Of a stretch of 64,000 nucleotides of DNA, positions 57,730-64,000 are shown piece after piece; position 1 is the first letter of the stretch; every line of letters starts with the position of its first letter. The notes under the pieces are model-generated. The model was not told the origin of the DNA. It searched no databases and was given only the letters and a program-made list of their open reading frames with translations. A program made the position numbers and the translations under genes. The stretch is taken from assembly GCF_037042905.1 (NCBI RefSeq), contig NC_087252.1, positions 17,300,001 to 17,364,000 of the forward strand, given 5' to 3'. This stretch comes from Lytechinus pictus. Taxonomy: Eukaryota.

Positions 57730-58799
57730 AAGAACACTGAGTGTTCACAGTGCATTCACAGTGCGCATAGTGGACAATTCAAAAATATTATTCACACTGT
57801 GAAAAAAAATTAATACTGTGGACATCAGCACAGTGTGGGTTTTCACAATGTGGTCACATAGTAGACTGTGATGTTCTTAATGTTAAATTTAAGCAATTTA
57901 ACCCTACCAAGATAATTTCACATTGTCGACATGATACACAGTATGTATGTGAACAGTGTATTCCCACAGTAGTCTGTGAAGACGTGATTAATTCTTTTTG
58001 CAATTTAGAACTTTAAAAATGATAATTTCCCACTGTGGACATGATTTTGAGTGTGAATGTTCACAGTGTGTCCATATAGTGTACAATGTGAATATGTGGT
58101 ACTCATGAACATACTCAAATTTAACACACAAGATAATTTCACAATGGATATCTGCACAATTTGGGTGTTCACAGTGCTTTCACATAGAAGACAATTATGA
58201 AGATGTGGTTCACACTATGACAGTGCTCAAATTGAACACAGAATATAATTTCACACTGGATACATGTATCTGCACAATTTGGGTGTTCACAGTGTTTTCA
58301 CATAGAAGGGAATATGAAGATGTGGTTCACATGCGCTATGATAGTGCTCAAATTTAACTCAGAAGATATTTTCACACTGAATATCTGCACAATTTGGATG
58401 TTCACAGTTCATTTTACATAAAAGACAATATGAAGATGTGGTTCACACTATGAAAGTGCTCAAATTTAACTCAGAAGATATTTTCACACTGAATATCTGC
58501 ACAATTTGGATGTTCACAGTTAATTTTTACATAAAAGACTATATGAAGATGTGGTTCACACTATGAAAGTGCTGAAATTTAACACTGAAGATAATTTTGC
58601 ACTGTGCACATGATCTTTACTGTGGATGTTCACAGTGTGTTTGCATAATTAAATCTGTGAAAAGAGGCTTCAGAATGTAATTTGAGCTTTTTAACAGTGT
58701 GAAGACAATTTCACATTGTGTTCCACACTGGAGCACACTTTGCACACAATGTGAATTCACTGTGGAAACACTATGGAACACTATTCTTTCGTAGTAGGG
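57730..58799. repeat. Diverged ~113-120-bp tandem repeat, ~8 copies
   Basis: gataatttcacactg...tctgcacaatttgg.tgttcacag...gaagatgtggttcacactatga.agtgctcaaatttaac recurs at ~58131, 58243, 58363, 58476 and 58589, with more degenerate flanking copies. Confidence 0.9.
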
Positions 58800-59989
58800 A
58801 TACTACACGGTATACAATCAAGTCACCTAAATCAAGGCATTGCTAATAAATCTTGATGTCATGGTTTGTTTTACCAAATAATTTGTGAAAAGTTTACCAT
58901 GATTGTGACAGATGTATTCGCTCGATGATATAGTATATAACTGGTAAAAACTTGGGTTATTTTTTTAATGGTTTTATTCTGTGTTTCAGCCTGGGCAAAA
59001 TAGATTAAAAAAAAAAACAATGGAAATTTGTATGGCAGACATTCACTCTGCTATCAAGTTTCTAAAACTAAATTAACTTAAGAAACATTTTACTGTAATC
59101 TTGCTGAAAAACCATCAAATAAATTAAGTATAAAAATGTGGTTTTTGTTTACATGTTAATTTCTGTATGTCATAGCTCATGTGTGAGCAGGTCTATGTCA
59201 CATGTCATGACCTGATTTTTCATAGAAAATTAATTATTGTTTTTAATGAAATATGATTTATGATCATACTCTTTAACAGAATTTTACATTCCTGTAGATG
59301 TGATGTACTACCAGATTTTTATATTTCCTTACTACTAGTAAAGTTTTCAATGGGTGCATAGCAGCTTTAAATAAGAAAAAAGAGTAGTGTGTGATTTGAA
59401 AATAAATGGAGAATATATTCCAATGTCAATTGTCGCTTTTGTTAACTATGTCAATGATTTATGTTGTATTTATTGCAAAAGTTGGAGGTAGTTTTGCTGG
59501 TTTTCTGTTGTTGATTGAATAATTGTTGTCTAGTACTTTATTTTCTTCTAATTTGGTGGTTTCATGAAGCTGTTTATAAAGTTAACACCCCTGGCTCCAC
59601 TGCATTAAAATTGACTAAGAAATGCGTCCATAACAGAGTTAACACTTATGGGGCGTTGCAAGAAACTTGCGATCAATTGCAAGTCTATTTTCGTTCCCTA
59701 AATCAAGCATATGTCATGCAATTGATTTCAAATTTGTGATTGATTGCTAATCTGCTTCATGAAACAAGGAGTGTAATCTGATTTGCTACAGATGAAATTG
59801 ATCTATTGTTTGTAAAATTTCAACAGAATATTTGCAATTGATTGCGAATATTTTTTGCGACACTTTCTTAGATAGCATCATTCCTAGTCAAATTTACACT
59901 TCAAAAGTAAGAGTGTACAAATGATTATGTGTATATAAGGGTTAGGTCTATTTTTCATCAAATTTGATTTTTTTTTTTTTGTCTCAATG

Positions 59990-60731
59990 TATAGACTTTT
60001 ATTAGCTCTATAAGATATTACCAAAGAAAAGTTGAATTTCCCATTAAAAAGTGAACAAAATAACAAAGAAAAATCCCTTTTTTTCAATAGGGGTTAGATC
60101 CATTTAAGTTTGTTTGCAAAAGGGGTTAGATCCACAAAGGAAATATTTGGAAAAGAATATTTGAAAAAAATTAAGACACGTAGATTTCTTTCACACCCGA
60201 TTTTAACTTCATTTGGTAGAGTATCATGAAAATTTAGTTTCACATAAGAATATTGCAATATGGGAGAAAGAAAAAACATGATTTTCGTGGAGTGGATTTC
60301 ACCCATATTGCAAACAAACTCTTCTGAAGAACTCATTTGTCAAAAGGGGCCATTTTTCATTAAAAAATTAAATTCTCAAAACCCATCGATTTTTAGTCGC
60401 TCTGATGATACCAAAAAATATTTGAAATTCCCATTGAAATGTGAATAAAATGGCAAAGAAAAATAACTTTTTTATTCAAAAGGGATTGGATCCATTTCAG
60501 TTTGCTTGCAAAAGGGGTTAGATCCACAATGGAAATTTTTGGGGAAAAAATAAAAAAATTGAAGACAGGTAGATTTCTTTTATACCCAATTTTATGTTCA
60601 CACGGCAAGGGTAGTGCATCATGACAATTTATTGTCTTATAAGAATATTGCAATATGGGAGAATAAAAAAAACATATTTTTTTTCTCTGAATGGTCCAAA
60701 ATGGATCTAACCCCTTCTGCAACCAAACTCT
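59990..60731. mobile_element. DNA-transposon-like remnant with a ~390-bp internal duplication and GGGGTTAGATCCA motifs in both orientations
   Basis: 60040-60320 aligns with 60431-60730; ends TGGATCTAACCCCTTCTGCAACCAAACTC next to (TA)n. Confidence 0.55.
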
Positions 60732-61842
60732 TTATATATATATATTATATATTTGGTAGCCAATAATGAAGTATGCAGTTGTCGATGCCGATCTTAATGA
60801 ATAACGCGCACCTTTATTGCATGAACAAATATAACAATATTGCGAGTAGTAAATCGCTCGTATCTCAAGGCGGTGATTTTCATAATTTCTCTAGCTGCTA
60901 TCCCGGCGCATGGGCACAGCCATATTGCAAAGTATAATTTGATCGATTGCAGAGTCAGTCGTAACTTAACAAACCTGTTCATGAAACTAGCCCCCGGTGG
61001 AATTGATTTGATATCAATATGTTATTAAATGTTTGCAAAAGTTATTGTAGGTTTATCGGTGATATTATGATATTTCATGGTAGATGTTTGTCTTGGGAGC
61101 TATGTTTGGGATCGTAATTCTGCCCTACTATATGTGGCATATTGGCGGGGCAAGCTCAAATTGCTCCCCTTTCAAAGTTGTTTGTGTGTGAGTTTTGGGG
61201 AGGGGGTCGTAAAACGCTGAGGATAAACCCTTCCAACTTCTCAAGCATCATGTTATTTGATTGTTCGCGAAAATCTTTATCATGTTCACCTTAGCTTTAT
61301 TTTCTTTCCTCCTTTCTGCGTCCTGGAAGGTGGCGCCACTAGCACGCACTCCCTTACGACCCTCTCCCCGATACACCACTGCCCACAATGCAAAAAAAAA
61401 GCGAGCAACAACAAAGATGATGCCACAAAACAATTGTAGTTCTGCATTGCTTTATTAAATTTATGCTACCGCATCGGCCTACATGTTCAAATAAGTGTTA
61501 AATATGAATTAAAATATGAAAGATATTTTTGTATACATCTTACATGAATACAACATAATTTTGCATAAAGCTTATTAAAAATCATTAAATAGTGCAGATA
61601 TTTAAATTGCTGTATTCGACATTAAACAATGTTCTCACCTGTTCATTTATTGTGACGTCATATTTGATATTTTGATATGATAATGGAATGGAACATACCA
61701 CACTGTCAATATTAATAAATACTGTACAGTTATGTACAATCAGATCATCAACCTTTATGATCATTTTGCCATTGTTTTTCGTGTTGTACTTTGATGTGGT
61801 AACAAGCCTATTTTCTCTACGAATTGGTACGTTCAATACAAT

Positions 61843-62151
61843 GGCCCGTATTCTGAAGTCGGGTTTAACTTAAACTCAGGTTTAAAGCTGTGGTTTAAGT
61901 GGACAGCCAATTGTTACATAAATCACTAACGGTAGAGATATCATATTTCAGCTCATTTGGCTCTCAAATCATTCATAATTGTCTAGGAAGTATATATAGA
62001 TGATTGTCTTCACCATTGATGAATCAGGAAAGAGCACAGTAAACATAAGAAACGTACAACTTAATGAAAAATTTGATACTTTTGGCTTCCCATACTTAAA
62101 CCACAACTTTAAACCTGAGTCTAAGTTAAACCAGACTTCAGAATACGGGCC
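61843..62151. mobile_element. MITE with ~55-bp TIRs
   Basis: GGCCCGTATTCTGAAGTCGGGTTTAACTTAAACTCAGGTTTAAAG / CTTTAAACCTGAGTCTAAGTTAAACCAGACTTCAGAATACGGGCC. Confidence 0.88.
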
Positions 62152-62970
62152 ATAGAATCGGGTGTGATAAACGACTTAAAATAGCCTTAGAAACGGACAT
62201 ACTGAAGCTTTTCGACACTGCGACACTCAACGGAGTAAAATCGCATGAATACGGAGTTTTCGCAAACCTCTGGAACGCGAGATTAGGGTCCGTTAACACA
62301 AAAGTTAACGATTAATCATAGACTCGATTTTCAAAATTGATTGTACATCATAGTCAATAGAATCAAACGTAGAAAACTATTCTACAATCATTGCTAGGCT
62401 TCGTGTTACAGGTCCTATATATCTGCTTTTCGTGTGCAAATTTTTTTAATACGATACCAGCATGTCATTCCAAATTGTTGAAATCCCGCTTTCATGCATG
62501 TACGGCTGGTCTTCATGGCATATTATGCCTGCCTGAGCTCGCGGCGGGACTGTACCATGGCTATCATGACTCCAGCTGGCTGGAGACATGCGAAATGTAG
62601 ATTATGACATGGATAAGAAAGTGGTTTTTCAAACAAATTTAGTATATTGAGTGAGGAAAAACTTACTGAATTAAGGCCTAGATATAGATCATTACAGTCC
62701 ATCGAATTGTTATTGCATTTAATGTGGATTATTGGTGGATCACTGGCAATTGATTCCATGGGTCAGATCACCTCTCCAGCCGAAACCATTTCGCATGCGT
62801 TGATATGTACACAGCATATGCAATAGGCCATAATACGTCTGAACAACATCCGAATTTGCGGGGTTTTTTTCTTTTGCCTGCTCCTCCTACACAAACGATA
62901 TGCCTCTAGCACACAATGTAATGGGCATTATGTTTTACTTTCCCCAGAAATGGGGGATTAGATTCAAATT

Positions 62971-63271
62971 CCCGGGGGGAACACTTCCATTTATGAGTGG
63001 ATACCAGGCGCGACCATGGGGTTTCGAAAAGCACCCTAAACAAGGGAAGCAAGTCTTTTCCAGATTTTGAAAATGCATCTCTTAACAAGTACTTGGCATG
63101 TGAAACCCTACAAGTATTGGAAATATATCCTTTTTTCAGTATTTTAATCATCGTTTTTGACACCCTTATTACGTTACATAGGCCTATACGTAACGTACTT
63201 GCCCACTCTTTCCCTTTTTACGCGTGGTCGCACCTGGTGTCCACTCGTCAATGGAAGTGGGCCCCCCCGGG
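62971..63271. mobile_element. MITE with CCCGGGGGG-initiated ~46-bp imperfect TIRs
   Basis: CCCGGGGGGAACACTTCCATTTATGAGTGGATACCAGGCGCGACCA vs TGGTCGCACCTGGTGTCCACTCGTCAATGGAAGTGGGCCCCCCCGGG. Confidence 0.8.
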
Positions 63272-64000
63272 CAGCCTCTCGAGCTCTGGAAGGAACCAAA
63301 TTTGGCTCTGGAAAGTCGTCCTAAATCGGATTTATCGCTGTTACCATAGTAGCAACCAGAATTTTGCACACGAAACGCAGATTGAATGTATCCGTTCCAC
63401 ATGCGAAACGAAAAATATATATAATTTCACACAATTTGCATTGCAGGACAAAGTTTTACGACCATGATGACGGGCCCAAAAGTCTCTTCCAAGATCAGTA
63501 TACCGTCGTAAATAAGCGTTCTCGTTCTCCAGCGAAAGGTCGGGATTGACTAAATCTAAAACGCTAGAGCAAAACAAAATATGATAGAACCGAAACTAGA
63601 CAATAAATGACTTACATGTGTACCTCATTCTCATTGTAACGATTCGCGCCACGATTGAAACCGTGATCTATATCGTGGAGTGGTCGTAGTGATCGTGTCA
63701 GATCTTATCAAATCTTGAGGAGGTAAATCTTGCCAATAGTTTCGATTGTAGAATTGTGTGTACGGCTCAAAAATCTTTCGCGATCAGCTACGAAAGGCCA
63801 ATCGTAACGGACCACACGACAGTGGGAACGATGTATTAAGGCCACCGCACACCTTACGATTGGACTAAGACCCAATATTTGAACAATACGTGATAGCAAT
63901 AATGATAAGATTAAATTATAGAACAAACAATAGAGCCAAAACTACTGAATCATCATGTGAAAAATTATTGTTATTCAATATGTTCATGATAAAAAAAAAA

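Noticed and set aside
62997..63467. 156-aa ORF
   Set aside because: Begins inside a MITE and runs across its TIR; no recognisable domain.

Overview
AT-rich, repeat-dense eukaryotic genomic DNA; the repeat repertoire suggests an invertebrate deuterostome such as a sea urchin (inference only). The window is dominated by one intact plus-strand gene for a white-family ABC half-transporter most similar to ABCG1/ABCG4. I resolved 12 coding exons (20633-50138), all GT-AG and phase-consistent, 1941 nt = 646 aa + stop from the first in-window ATG; a further upstream exon is likely. Introns and flanks hold many non-autonomous DNA transposons, tRNA-headed SINEs, 5'-truncated L2/CR1-type LINE ends and tandem repeats. 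Most unusual observations: (1) an 807-bp TSD-flanked insertion built from a concatemer of a 333-bp unit carrying a tRNA-like gene, with a twin-priming-type inversion; (2) a ~3.7-kb intronic minisatellite whose unit is the 3' end of an ABCG exon plus its splice donor; (3) a short element with a 7SL/Alu-like head; (4) within-window evidence that the over-represented TACATGTA palindrome arises by CATGTA insertion at TA; (5) a stop-free, in-frame 606-nt intron. No database searches were run; family assignments rest on recalled motifs and terminal structure.
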